A stretch of 64,000 nucleotides of DNA from a virus (IMGVR_UViG_3300045450_000050:71343-135342), one strand, 5' to 3'; positions 8,567 to 17,363 are shown, counted from the first letter of the stretch. A program made the numbers and translations. Notes: generated by a model not told the origin, from the sequence alone.

Positions 8567-8757
8567 CAGAGATCCCCCGTGCTGTAGGGAGCCGTTGGTA
8601 GCAGGGCCTCGGCAACCTCGCTGGGAAGCAGCTCCGTCACATTGATGCGAGTTCCGTTGCGGAACTCGATGCTGGAGCCGCCACGAGTGGAACGCGACAC
8701 GATCATGACCTCGCGGGAATTCACGTAGACATCACCGACTTTCACGAGACTGATCAC
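8566..8757 (-). CDS. hypothetical protein (63 aa)
   Basis: Track ORF; ATGA overlap. Confidence 0.6.
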   Translation of the reverse strand: MISLVKVGDVYVNSREVMIVSRSTRGGSSIEFRNGTRINVTELLPSEVAEALLPTAPYSTGDL

Positions 8758-8987
8758 GGCTGAGTCGCTCCGTTCCAGACCAGTCGACGAGACTGCTGCA
8801 TGATCACGTGAACCTCCTCGATGAGCGGGGCGTAGTCGGCCAGGTCGTTCTCTTCGACGTAATCGCGCGCAGCCTCGAAGGTGCTGCGCTTGACTATGCG
8901 CCTGGGCGTGTCAGGCGGGAACCAGACGACGTGGAACTCCTTGGTCTCCTTGCGGTCGAACATGCCGACCTCTCCGGGAATGCCCAT
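8754..8987 (-). CDS. hypothetical protein (77 aa)
   Basis: Trimmed to MGIPGEVGMFDRKE... Confidence 0.6.
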   Translation of the reverse strand: MGIPGEVGMFDRKETKEFHVVWFPPDTPRRIVKRSTFEAARDYVEENDLADYAPLIEEVHVIMQQSRRLVWNGATQP

Positions 8988-9637
8988 CAGTCGTCGTCCC
9001 CCTCCGACTGGAATGCCGCCCAGACGAGCTTGTCGATTTCCGCCATGACAGCCTGGTACTGGTCGTAGCTTGTGAAGGTCATGCCAGAGCCACCGTGGGC
9101 ATTTCGGGTCTCGATCTTGACCAAGGGGAAGCTCTTCTGGACCTCCATGTGCCCGGTCCAGTTGGGCCGTCCGTGCTCGCCGAGATGGTTCTTGGGGCGC
9201 GTGCATGTGCCGAGCGAGGGGTAGTTGGCGCTGACGTTCTCATCACAGCGGGACTTGCCCGCGTAGTCGGCATCCACGTCGGATTCCTTGATGAATACCA
9301 GATTGCCGATGGTGACGGGGTCCTTGGGCAGCAGCTTCTCCTCTGCAATGCGACGACGAAGTTCGGCGTTGCGAGCGTCCTTCAGGGCACGCTCTGCCTC
9401 AGCGACGGTCATGGGAGCCGTCGTGGGCCCGCTCGGATGCACGAAATCCGCCCGGTACTCTCCGACCAAATCGCGCAGCCTGTTCAGGGCTTCACGAGCG
9501 TCCTGAGGGCTGCGCATGTCGCGGTGTGCACCATCGACCTTCTGGCGCAGGTTCTCCAACGCGTCTTGGTCGGGCTCGTCAGAGGGCACGATCCTGTCGC
9601 GCAGCTCGGGGGACAGGTCTTCGGGGTCGATGCTCAC
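8987..9637 (-). CDS. hypothetical protein (216 aa, GTG start)
   Basis: Track ORF; GTGA overlap with upstream micro-ORF. Confidence 0.7.
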   Translation of the reverse strand: MSIDPEDLSPELRDRIVPSDEPDQDALENLRQKVDGAHRDMRSPQDAREALNRLRDLVGEYRADFVHPSGPTTAPMTVAEAERALKDARNAELRRRIAEEKLLPKDPVTIGNLVFIKESDVDADYAGKSRCDENVSANYPSLGTCTRPKNHLGEHGRPNWTGHMEVQKSFPLVKIETRNAHGGSGMTFTSYDQYQAVMAEIDKLVWAAFQSEGDDD

Positions 9638-9777
9638 CAGCTCATCTCCTTCGGGGAGTTGCGGCGTTCCCAGCGGACGTAGAACCGGTAGCGCCGGTAG
9701 GCGATAGCCGCGTTCTTCAGGCGAAGGCGGCGCAGCGCACGGATGGTCTCGTTGCGGTAGTGCATGGTCAGGGGCAT
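9634..9777 (-). CDS. small Arg-rich basic protein (47 aa)
   Basis: Not in track; MPLTMHYRNETIRALRRLRLKNAAIAYRRYRF...; overlaps both neighbours. Confidence 0.45.
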   Translation of the reverse strand: MPLTMHYRNETIRALRRLRLKNAAIAYRRYRFYVRWERRNSPKEMSW

Positions 9778-10085
9778 CATGTGTCCAGCTCCAGGTGCTT
9801 CTCGATGCGCAGCAGCCGCTCGTGCAGCCTGCGCGGGTTCCAGTCGAAGGGGTCGACGTGGAAGGCCTTGTAGTTCTCGAACTCGACGTGGACCTCGACG
9901 CGGTCTCCGGGTTCCAAGCCCAGGTTCAGCGCCGCCTCGGCGTGCTTGGGTCGAGCCCAGGGCCAGTGCGTCACCTCGGGCTCCCAGCCGAGGTTGTAGG
10001 GCTTGCCTTCGCTGTCCAGCTCCGAGATCTCGATTCCGTGGTCGTCGAGCTTCACCAGCATGCCGACGTAGCTGCCGTTTCCCAT
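9777..10085 (-). CDS. hypothetical protein (102 aa)
   Basis: Track ORF. Confidence 0.7.
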   Translation of the reverse strand: MGNGSYVGMLVKLDDHGIEISELDSEGKPYNLGWEPEVTHWPWARPKHAEAALNLGLEPGDRVEVHVEFENYKAFHVDPFDWNPRRLHERLLRIEKHLELDT

Positions 10086-10186
10086 CAGATGGCCTCCAGC
10101 CGGGTGACTTGCAGGGCGGACGCCTGCACGTGGGACGACATGACGGAGCCGACCTGCACGTTATACCCCCGAACAGTGCTCGCCAT
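10085..10186 (-). CDS. possible 33-aa peptide
   Basis: ATG..TGA overlapping downstream ATG; no clear RBS. Confidence 0.2.
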   Translation of the reverse strand: MASTVRGYNVQVGSVMSSHVQASALQVTRLEAI

Positions 10187-10242
10187 CACGTGTAGGGCCT
10201 GAATACGTCCGGGCTCGTCGGGGGGATCGGGGGTGGCGGTCT

Positions 10243-10503
10243 TCACTGGTAGCTTCCTTCGTCTTGGACGTACTGGCGGCGAGGATCGAACACCAGGGCG
10301 ATGTTGTCTGGGGCGACAGCTCGACTCGCATACCGCTGCTCAGAGAGCATGCGTCGGTAGGGGGAAGGATCGAGTTCCTCGTTCTTCTGCATGTGTCCCG
10401 CCTTGATCAGCGCGTCCTCGATCTTGAACGCGAGACCGCAGGCGGTGTGGGCAGGAACGATCTCGGTCAGGATCTCCTCGATGGTGTTGTGACGGTCAGG
10501 CAT
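10243..10503 (-). CDS. hypothetical protein (86 aa)
   Basis: Track ORF. Confidence 0.7.
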   Translation of the reverse strand: MPDRHNTIEEILTEIVPAHTACGLAFKIEDALIKAGHMQKNEELDPSPYRRMLSEQRYASRAVAPDNIALVFDPRRQYVQDEGSYQ

Positions 10504-11155
10504 TCGGCACCTCCAGCATGTCGAGCAGGTTGGCCAGGATCTCCACGCCGCGCGCCGTGGCCTGGGAGGTCTCAGGGTGGGTGGCGTCTCCGCGCACAGC
10601 GAGGTCGGAAGTACGGTTGGCCATGGCCATCTTGATCTCGTTGTAGGCGACGATCTTGCCGCGCCGAGTCAGCTCCTCGTCCCCGAGAGGGCCGTTCTGT
10701 ACGAAGGGGGTCGTGACGGCGGCGTACGGGGCCTGGGTGTCCATGGAGCGGCGGTTCCCGGTCAGCAGGTCGTGCATGGTGGGCAGCGGGGGATCGACGT
10801 TCTTCGGGCCCTGCGCAGACTTGCTCCACGTGAAGGGCTGGCGCGGAGGCTTGCGCTCGCCCTGCTTGACCTTGTTCTCACGGTCGAGTTCGTCCTGCGC
10901 GATGTCGATCAGCTTCTGACCGACTCGCTCGGAGTAGTCGCGCTCGCCTTCCGTCCAGGTGGTGGGGTAGGCGCGACAGAACGCCAGGGCAGCACGGGAC
11001 TGCTTGCGCTGCACCTTGGCCCGGTCGTACCAGCCCTTCTTCTCCGAGGCAGGCAGATCGCTCCACGCGTCGGGGATGTCATCTCGGTCGGCCTCGTAGT
11101 ACATCTCCTGGGCACGGGCCCAGATGTCGTAGTAGTGCTTCGGCTTGCGGTTCAT
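10496..11155 (-). CDS. hypothetical protein (219 aa)
   Basis: Track ORF. Confidence 0.75.
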   Translation of the reverse strand: MNRKPKHYYDIWARAQEMYYEADRDDIPDAWSDLPASEKKGWYDRAKVQRKQSRAALAFCRAYPTTWTEGERDYSERVGQKLIDIAQDELDRENKVKQGERKPPRQPFTWSKSAQGPKNVDPPLPTMHDLLTGNRRSMDTQAPYAAVTTPFVQNGPLGDEELTRRGKIVAYNEIKMAMANRTSDLAVRGDATHPETSQATARGVEILANLLDMLEVPNA

Positions 11156-11310
11156 TCGTCGACCTTCCAGTGAGGGTTCAGGTGGTTGGAGTCGTTCAGG
11201 ACAGCACGGATGCGCATGAGAGCGTCGTAGGCCTTGTGGGGCTTGGCCTGGTAGTAGTCCTCGTCCTCCAGCAGGGCACGGATGCGGGCCAGGGTCTCTT
11301 CAGCGCTCAC
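11152..11310 (-). CDS. small hypothetical protein (52 aa, GTG start)
   Basis: Not in track; GAGGTGA RBS 4 nt before GTG; ATGA overlap downstream. Confidence 0.5.
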   Translation of the reverse strand: MSAEETLARIRALLEDEDYYQAKPHKAYDALMRIRAVLNDSNHLNPHWKVDE

Positions 11311-11474
11311 GGGATCACCTCGATGGTGCAGTCGGCACGGACGGCGCAGTCCTGGAGGAACGCCTTGGGCCCGAGCTTGATGGTCACCCCGCGGAAGTCG
11401 AGCTGCATCGCCGTGCCATCACGCAGGGTCACCACGCCCCCGTCGACGATTATGCGGTTCTCTGACGTGCTCAC
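11307..11474 (-). CDS. small hypothetical protein (55 aa, GTG start)
   Basis: Not in track; GTGA overlaps on both sides. Confidence 0.5.
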   Translation of the reverse strand: MSTSENRIIVDGGVVTLRDGTAMQLDFRGVTIKLGPKAFLQDCAVRADCTIEVIP

Positions 11475-11977
11475 GGGACCGGCTCCCAGTCATCGACGGC
11501 GTGGCGACGCACGATGTAGGCGTCGGGGGCGAAGGTGAGGTAGTCCTTCAGGCGCTTCTTGGTGCCCTCCAGGGAGTAGTCGGGGACCGTGCGGCGCAGC
11601 TTGTCCCGCGCGGTGCGCTGGGGGATCTCGATGGCGTACTCCCAGATGACGCCCTCGCTCAGGACGGCACGGAAGCGCTCCAGCCACTCGTTCACCACGT
11701 TCGTGGCCAGGGGCTCCTGCTTGATGGGCACCATGGCACGCACGAGGCCTTCGAGGGTGTCGGGCTCCGCAGGACGCGCCGTTTTCGGCGACACGATCTC
11801 GGTCACCGAGCCGTCCTCGTGCACGTGCCAGTTGGGCAGGGCTTCCAGGGTGACATCGACTCCCGCACGGGCGGCGATGACGTAGCTCTCCGGCAGGGGG
11901 TGGGGTCCGAGGCCGCTGTCGGCAGCTCGGTTGATGGCGTCCGCGTACAGGGCGTCACGGTCGGTGAAGTCAGGCAT
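11471..11977 (-). CDS. hypothetical protein (168 aa)
   Basis: Track ORF. Confidence 0.75.
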   Translation of the reverse strand: MPDFTDRDALYADAINRAADSGLGPHPLPESYVIAARAGVDVTLEALPNWHVHEDGSVTEIVSPKTARPAEPDTLEGLVRAMVPIKQEPLATNVVNEWLERFRAVLSEGVIWEYAIEIPQRTARDKLRRTVPDYSLEGTKKRLKDYLTFAPDAYIVRRHAVDDWEPVP

Positions 11978-12323
11978 CGGGGCTCTCCTTGAAGGTGTGC
12001 TCGTTGGGGATTTCGCGGCGAAGCTGGGTCAGCAGGGGATGGACCTTGTACTCCTCCAGCAGGTCGAGGTCGTCTCGGATCTGCTCCAGCAGAGAAACCT
12101 GCACGGCGATGAACGGGGTCGTGGCGTTCTTGATCAGGCCTTCCACGCGCTCTTTGGCGCTCCGAACGTAGGGGATGATCTGCGCGGAGGTCTGCATGAT
12201 GAGGGGGCCGATGTCCCACTGCACCCACACCTTGTCTTCCGACGCGTGCTGGACGGTCCCAAGGGCCTCGGTGTCGCGGGCGTGGCGTACCCGGTCTCCG
12301 AAGGCGTAGGTGTGCTCAGTCAT
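11970..12323 (-). CDS. hypothetical protein (117 aa)
   Basis: Trimmed to MTEHTYAFGDRVRH...; ATGA overlap. Confidence 0.7.
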   Translation of the reverse strand: MTEHTYAFGDRVRHARDTEALGTVQHASEDKVWVQWDIGPLIMQTSAQIIPYVRSAKERVEGLIKNATTPFIAVQVSLLEQIRDDLDLLEEYKVHPLLTQLRREIPNEHTFKESPDA

Positions 12324-12769
12324 CGGTGGGCCTCCCACTTCGGTGCCTTGACGCGCCGCACGGGCACGTAGTTCCAGTACGGAGTGCCGTCCGCATCATG
12401 ACCGTCAGCCTTGTGCTCGTCGTACTCGGCCTTGGTGACGACACGGACATAGCGACGGATGCCATCCCCGGCGTCGAAGCGTGCACCGCTCTCCCACCCG
12501 TCGATGAGGGGGTACGCCTTGCCGTACTCGTAGTCGATTTGGGGCACTCCGTCGACGAGACGTGCAGCGATCAGGGCGGTGCGTGCAGCCAGGATGTAGC
12601 CCTCCCAGTTCGTGCTCGCGGCACGGTTGGCCAGGGTACGCGCCACTGCCTCGACCTCTGCGGCGCTGGGGAGCGCGTAGGGGTACAGATTCCCTTGCCG
12701 AGCGACTTCGGCCGCGAGACGGGCGCTCATGCCCTTATGGGGGGTGTCAGCCACGGCGCTCCTCCTCAT
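12320..12769 (-). CDS. hypothetical protein (149 aa; alternative start 12730)
   Basis: Track ORF. Confidence 0.65.
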   Translation of the reverse strand: MRRSAVADTPHKGMSARLAAEVARQGNLYPYALPSAAEVEAVARTLANRAASTNWEGYILAARTALIAARLVDGVPQIDYEYGKAYPLIDGWESGARFDAGDGIRRYVRVVTKAEYDEHKADGHDADGTPYWNYVPVRRVKAPKWEAHR

Positions 12770-13010
12770 CGATCAGTTCCATCAGCTCGGTCTTGAAGCT
12801 GGCCACGCTCTCCAGCTCCACGGCCTGCGGAAGCAAGCTGTGCTCCTGGACGAGACCGTTCGCCTCCAGGGCCTGCACGTACAGGTCTTCCAGGTGCTCG
12901 ATCCGGCGCACGACTCGGTTCGCCGTGGCCTCGTCCTTGATGGGCCCGATGGCGCGCACCACGTGGGTGCCGTCAGGGCGTACCACCACGACCCAGGGTC
13001 GATTAGACAT
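12747..13010 (-). CDS. hypothetical protein (87 aa)
   Basis: GGAGAG RBS 4 nt before ATG 13010. Confidence 0.65.
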   Translation of the reverse strand: MSNRPWVVVVRPDGTHVVRAIGPIKDEATANRVVRRIEHLEDLYVQALEANGLVQEHSLLPQAVELESVASFKTELMELIDEEERRG

Positions 13011-13248
13011 AGCGCTCTCCATGGGGGTCGGTGTAGGCGCGGCGGGCGATCTGCGCCATGGTGTGCAGGTTGTTGACGCTGCGCGGGTGGGCGTGCTCCT
13101 GGATAGCCAGGGCGAGCGAGTACAGGGTCAGAGGGACTTCGTACATGCGTCGCTGTGCGTCCTGCCGGTACAGCCAGTCCTGATAGCTCCTGTGGCTCAT
13201 GTGCTGCACGGCCACGTATGGAGGACCAAAGAAGCGATGATCAGCCAC
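13003..13248 (-). CDS. hypothetical protein (81 aa)
   Basis: Track ORF. Confidence 0.65.
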   Translation of the reverse strand: MADHRFFGPPYVAVQHMSHRSYQDWLYRQDAQRRMYEVPLTLYSLALAIQEHAHPRSVNNLHTMAQIARRAYTDPHGERYV

Positions 13249-13717
13249 GGGGCACCTCCGGACGCAGGGCTATGGCGAGCAGGTTCGCTTCCCGCAGGCG
13301 CGTGCAAGGGGGATTCACGTCGTGGGCCGCGCCGCGACTGCCTCCGCACGAACAGCGTCCCCGTGCTCCGTCGAAGAACGACAGGATCTTCTCCGCGGTC
13401 GCCTCCTGGTCGTAGCCGGGCACACCATGGGACTGATCCCAGGCCACGTTGTAGCCGAGGCTGTTCACGCACTCGGAGCAGACCTCGATCTCGCCCTCGA
13501 CGCGGATCTTGCGGTGGCGTGCCGAATCATCCTGGCGGCGCTTGACCCAGGACTGGCGGATGTTGTCTTCCATCCCCGCTGCGTGGGTGATCAGCTCTGC
13601 GACTCGTGCCATCAGGTTGCGCACAACCACGTCGGGGACAAAGCTGCCCCGCTCGGTGTAGCGCTTGGCTTCGCGCAGGGCCTGGCGTGCGTCCAGGATG
13701 AAGCTGGTCTCGGTCAT
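13241..13717 (-). CDS. Cys-rich hypothetical protein (158 aa)
   Basis: Trimmed from 13241..13906 to MTETSFILDARQ...; CSECV..CSCGG. Confidence 0.65.
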   Translation of the reverse strand: MTETSFILDARQALREAKRYTERGSFVPDVVVRNLMARVAELITHAAGMEDNIRQSWVKRRQDDSARHRKIRVEGEIEVCSECVNSLGYNVAWDQSHGVPGYDQEATAEKILSFFDGARGRCSCGGSRGAAHDVNPPCTRLREANLLAIALRPEVPRG

Positions 13718-13719
13718 GA

Positions 13720-13923
13720 TCAAACCCAATCGCAGGGGCCACTGTGGCCACGGGTGAGGATGCAACGGGGGCTGATCTGGCACCAGTTGCTGCGGCGATA
13801 CCTCCGGTCGATGAGGATGTTCCGGAGGATGTTCCGGATGAGGAGGGCCAGCAACCACGCAAGGCCACCGACGACGATCAGCACGCCGATGATGAGCGCG
13901 AACCAATCTGCGATCTCGGTCAC
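13720..13923 (-). CDS. small membrane protein (67 aa)
   Basis: Track ORF; TM helix. Confidence 0.65.
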   Translation of the reverse strand: MTEIADWFALIIGVLIVVGGLAWLLALLIRNILRNILIDRRYRRSNWCQISPRCILTRGHSGPCDWV

Positions 13924-14147
13924 AGGGTGCCTTCCTCGGAGACGACGTAGGTTGCTCCCTCAGGGAACGGGATGGTGGGGAACTCGGCCTCCCACTGGGC
14001 GCGGGTGTAGGCCGTGACGGGCTCCAGGACGACGGTTCCGTCCGGGTGCAGGGTGGCCCGATAGTCGCGGTCGGGCTCCAGCAACTTGCTCAGGGACAGG
14101 CGGGCTCGGGCGTCGGTACGCACCAGCAGGACACGGGGGGAGATCAC
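13920..14147 (-). CDS. small hypothetical protein (possibly AbrB/SpoVT-like fold)
   Basis: GTG start, GTGA overlap; VISPRVLLVRTDARARLSLSKLLE... Confidence 0.45.
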   Translation of the reverse strand: MISPRVLLVRTDARARLSLSKLLEPDRDYRATLHPDGTVVLEPVTAYTRAQWEAEFPTIPFPEGATYVVSEEGTL

Positions 14148-14560
14148 AGCTTGCCTCCTACAGCGAGCGCGGCCAGGTAGTTTTCCTGTGCGAACTCCGG
14201 GTAGGCCTCCCATGCGACGGCGGTCTCGTCCTCAGCGGTCTCCCGCTCGTAGTGGACCTTGGCGAGGGCGAGCGCGGCCTCACTGCGTTCCATCAGGGCC
14301 AGGCCGTAGTTCGCGTCAGAGGGCTTGCCCATGGGGTACAGGGCCTCTCGCACGAAGGGCACGCCCAAGACCTTGAAGCCCCGGATGCGCCCGACGCCGT
14401 AGATCCCTCCCAGGGTGCCGAACAGCTTGGACCCGCTGGGGCGGTGGATCAGCATGACCTGATCCCCGATGTGGAAGAACTCGCCGTCGCGGATGAAGCC
14501 CTTGATGTCGGCGGGCGTCTCGGCGTCCTTCGGGAACAGGGTGATCTGGGGTTCGGGCAT
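14144..14560 (-). CDS. hypothetical protein (138 aa)
   Basis: GAGAGG RBS before ATG 14560 (MPEPQITLFPKD...). Confidence 0.65.
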   Translation of the reverse strand: MPEPQITLFPKDAETPADIKGFIRDGEFFHIGDQVMLIHRPSGSKLFGTLGGIYGVGRIRGFKVLGVPFVREALYPMGKPSDANYGLALMERSEAALALAKVHYERETAEDETAVAWEAYPEFAQENYLAALAVGGKL

Positions 14561-14647
14561 GGGATGCCTCTCTGTCTGGCGGAGCGCTCTTGGCCCCTCA
14601 CGTGGATGTGTTCCCTTAGGATAGCGCATAACGCGCTGAAATGGGGA

Positions 14648-14860
14648 CTAGGAAGATTCGGATGCCCGCTGCACGAAGGACAGGGCCTGACGGAGACCTG
14701 CGATCTTGCCCCGGGCGTGGGCACTGGCGCGGAGTCGGGCGGACAACTCCAGGGGATGGGGTTCGGCGATGGTCTGCAATTCCCGCAGGCGTGCTCGGGC
14801 AATCCGTAGTTCTTCCACGGCGTCTTCCAGGGCCTGACGGATTTGGGCTTCGGCGCTCAC
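14648..14860 (-). CDS. coiled-coil small protein (70 aa)
   Basis: Track ORF. Confidence 0.6.
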   Translation of the reverse strand: MSAEAQIRQALEDAVEELRIARARLRELQTIAEPHPLELSARLRASAHARGKIAGLRQALSFVQRASESS

Positions 14861-15099
14861 TGGTGCGTCCTCAGGGGCTCGCCCTCACGGCGGATGCCGT
14901 TGTCCCAGTGGGTGGGCAGCACTCGGTTCGCACCGTAGCGTCCTGTCGAGCCCTCGGTGGCACGGTCCCAGCCCTGTGCGATGCGCAGGATCAGGGCCAT
15001 GCGCTCAGAGGACGACAGGCTGAAGTTGTCCATGACCATGCCGATGCAGGTCAAGTCGCTGTTGCTGCGGCTCTCGACGGATGCGGAATCCAGGGCCAT
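14857..15099 (-). CDS. hypothetical protein (80 aa)
   Basis: AAAGGA RBS before ATG 15099. Confidence 0.6.
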   Translation of the reverse strand: MALDSASVESRSNSDLTCIGMVMDNFSLSSSERMALILRIAQGWDRATEGSTGRYGANRVLPTHWDNGIRREGEPLRTHQ

Positions 15100-15129
15100 A
15101 TCAGGTCCTTTCGGGTTGGGTGCGGGAAG

Positions 15130-15156
15130 GCCCCCCGAGGCGGTCTCAGGGGGCCT
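15130..15156 (-). terminator. GC-rich hairpin (possible terminator or attenuator) in an intergenic gap
   Basis: GGCCCCC-N13-GGGGGCC; no clear U-tract. Confidence 0.3.
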
Positions 15157-15167
15157 GTGAGCGGGGC

Positions 15168-15509
15168 TCAGGCCGTGGCGGGCTTGCTCGCGTCGAAGTC
15201 CTCCAGGGAGTCGAACACGTCGTGCATGGTCGCGCCCACGGGCACGAGTGCAGGGACGACGGCCATGTAGCCCTCACCGGCCCACTCGATGGCGTTCGCA
15301 CGCATGGCGTAGTAGCGGATCTCGTCGCCCTTCTCGGCCATGTAGCCCGGGATGTGGGTGACGACGACGCTGTCAGGGGCGACGCCGATTGTGCCCTGCG
15401 GCGTGAGGACCGCATACAGGTGGCCAGTGACGCCCTGGAAGTAGCCAGTGCGTCCTGCGGCATCTCCGGTCTCGACGCGGACGTGGGAACCGATCTGGGG
15501 AGTAGCCAT
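15168..15509 (-). CDS. hypothetical protein (113 aa)
   Basis: Track ORF; preceded by motif, stem-loop and RBS cassette. Confidence 0.75.
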   Translation of the reverse strand: MATPQIGSHVRVETGDAAGRTGYFQGVTGHLYAVLTPQGTIGVAPDSVVVTHIPGYMAEKGDEIRYYAMRANAIEWAGEGYMAVVPALVPVGATMHDVFDSLEDFDASKPATA

Positions 15510-15552
15510 GGCGTGTGCCTCTCGTGAGGGGGAGTCTGTCGCTCCCGGTAGC

Positions 15553-15586
15553 TCTATTGTTGCACGTCACGCGCTAACGCACAAGC
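15553..15586 (-). promoter_or_regulatory. promoter-like motif copy, with stem-loop and RBS cassette
   Basis: CTCTATTGTTGCACGTCACGCGCTAACGCACAAGC. Confidence 0.6.
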
Positions 15587-15644
15587 TGAAACGCGAAGTG
15601 GCCCCCCGGGTTCTCCGAGGGGCCGAGCAATGGGGGCGGCACGG

Positions 15645-15809
15645 TCATGCGACACCCCCAAGGATCGAGCGCAGACGTGCACGCTCTTCGTCCTCTGCGG
15701 AGCGCTGTTCGTCCGTGAGGGCGGCTCTGCGGGCTCGGGCGTATTCGATCACCCGTGCATCCTCTGCGGCCCTCTCAGCGGCGCGTGTGGCTCGGGAAGC
15801 GGCATCCAT
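15645..15809 (-). CDS. small hypothetical protein (54 aa)
   Basis: Trimmed to MDAASRATRAAERAAEDARVIEY... Confidence 0.45.
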   Translation of the reverse strand: MDAASRATRAAERAAEDARVIEYARARRAALTDEQRSAEDEERARLRSILGGVA

Positions 15810-15985
15810 CACTTGCCTCGCGTCTCGATGGCGGCGCAGATTCCCGCAACGCCGAACAGTAGGACGGTCGAGACGATGGCCCAGCCGGTGAGCGGACTCC
15901 ACCCCTCCACGTGCCAGCAGACGATGGCTGTGACGAGCCACAGTAGGCCTGCCAGGAAAGACGCCCACGCGGGCACCTTCCACAT
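15809..15985 (-). CDS. small membrane protein (58 aa)
   Basis: Not in track; MWKVPAWASFLAGLLWLVTAIVCW... Confidence 0.45.
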   Translation of the reverse strand: MWKVPAWASFLAGLLWLVTAIVCWHVEGWSPLTGWAIVSTVLLFGVAGICAAIETRGK

Positions 15986-16128
15986 CAGAAGCTCCCTGTG
16001 GCGACGCCGAGCACGTAGAGGACGTACAGGCCCGCCACGGTGACGATGGCGACTCCGAGGTAGGCAGCGATGGACGCAGCCACACGGCGCACGTCACGGC
16101 CCTTCTGGGTGATGCGCAGCTTGCCCAT
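15985..16128 (-). CDS. small membrane protein (47 aa)
   Basis: Not in track; MGKLRITQKGRDVRRVAASIAAYLGVAIVTVAG... Confidence 0.4.
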   Translation of the reverse strand: MGKLRITQKGRDVRRVAASIAAYLGVAIVTVAGLYVLYVLGVATGSF

Positions 16129-16271
16129 CAGGAGACCCCTGCTGCGGCGTCCAGGCCGCTCTCACGGCCCAGGTCGTACGCGTCGAGCATGGCCGCTTTC
16201 AGCAGGCTGCGTACGTAGGGAGTCTCGCCGACCGCGTAGTTCTCGGTCAGCACTTCCAGCTCGGTGGCCAT
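16128..16271 (-). CDS. small hypothetical protein (47 aa)
   Basis: Trimmed to MATELEVLTENYAVG... Confidence 0.4.
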   Translation of the reverse strand: MATELEVLTENYAVGETPYVRSLLKAAMLDAYDLGRESGLDAAAGVS

Positions 16272-16390
16272 CAGACGGCCCGACGCGAGATGACGAACCA
16301 CAGGCCGAAGAGGCGGATGCTGCGGCTGACGGTGACAGCGGGCCGGGATGGGCGGTTGGCGACGTGCGCACTGGCGGGGACGGGAAGCAT
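16271..16390 (-). CDS. possible 39-aa peptide
   Basis: ATG 16390; overlaps downstream start. Confidence 0.25.
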   Translation of the reverse strand: MLPVPASAHVANRPSRPAVTVSRSIRLFGLWFVISRRAV

Positions 16391-16438
16391 GAGGGTCCGA
16401 TCTCTCGATGCGAGGGCTCTTGCCTCGCTGTACCCCTA

Positions 16439-16468
16439 GCTTAGTGCACGTCACGCGCTAACGTCAAG
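16439..16468 (-). promoter_or_regulatory. promoter-like motif copy
   Basis: CTTAGTGCACGTCACGCGCTAACGTCAAGC. Confidence 0.5.
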
Positions 16469-16856
16469 CGTGCGCTTCGATTGGTCCATCTGGTCTGAAA
16501 GTCGCCATCCGAACACTGCGCTGGATGTCGCTGCCATCTGGTCTCACGAGTGCCATGTCACGGAAGCTGCCGGTGCCTCGCATGCCCATGCGCGCGTCGT
16601 AGCCGTTGTCCAGGAGGATGCGGTTGTAGAGGCGGATGATGGCGCGCCCTCGGTTGTGGTGCGTATCCAGGTGCACCTCCCCGTCAGCGTTCAGCACGGC
16701 CACCAGACGGTTGCGGTAGTAGAGACTCACTTCATCTGGCGTGCTCGGGGTCATGACCACGAACAGGAACGGGATGATCTCGACTCGATAGGTCCGTCGC
16801 ACCCGCCCACGCAGGATCTCGAAGTGGAGGGATACGTCGGCGGGGAAGGTCAGCAC
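16464..16856 (-). CDS. hypothetical protein (130 aa, GTG start)
   Basis: Track ORF; high GC3 from the first codon. Confidence 0.6.
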   Translation of the reverse strand: MLTFPADVSLHFEILRGRVRRTYRVEIIPFLFVVMTPSTPDEVSLYYRNRLVAVLNADGEVHLDTHHNRGRAIIRLYNRILLDNGYDARMGMRGTGSFRDMALVRPDGSDIQRSVRMATFRPDGPIEAHA

Positions 16857-16897
16857 CCGGCCAGCCTACCGCTCCGAATCTTCTTAGCGCGTGACAC

Positions 16898-16942
16898 GCG
16901 AAAACCCCGCCCCCGGACTGTGGCTGGCCTGCGGGGACGGGG
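16898..16942 (-). terminator. intrinsic terminator
   Basis: Minus strand CCCCGUCCCCG-N16-CGGGGGCGGGG followed by UUUUCG. Confidence 0.55.
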
Positions 16943-16955
16943 CTCTCTGGGTGAG

Positions 16956-17363
16956 TCAGTGCGAGTACAGGCGCTGCGCCTCCATCAGGCCACGCAGGCG
17001 ACCCTGCGAGAGGGCGATGGACTCGATCTGAGAGTTGATGGTGCTCAAGCTCAGCGGGTAGTCGGACGCGAGGCGAACCAACTCTTCCTGCTTACGAGCA
17101 AGTTCGCCTTCGACCATGACGATGCGCGACTGGAGTTTGGCTGCGGGGCTGTCCTTCGGCGTGATGTTGCGCAGGGCGGTCGCGAGGCTGTGCTCGGGAC
17201 GCACCTCGGTGTCGATCTCGTAGGTGTACTGACCGATGGTGTCGTTCCACTCGATCTCAGACACGAAGTGCCCACTGCGCTGGTGAGCGACACGGGACTG
17301 CTGAGCGGTCTCGATGCCCTTGCCTGCGGCCACCGTGCGGTTGGGGTTGAAGTGCTTCGTCAT
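16956..17363 (-). CDS. hypothetical protein (135 aa), C-terminal coiled coil
   Basis: Track ORF. Confidence 0.7.
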   Translation of the reverse strand: MTKHFNPNRTVAAGKGIETAQQSRVAHQRSGHFVSEIEWNDTIGQYTYEIDTEVRPEHSLATALRNITPKDSPAAKLQSRIVMVEGELARKQEELVRLASDYPLSLSTINSQIESIALSQGRLRGLMEAQRLYSH

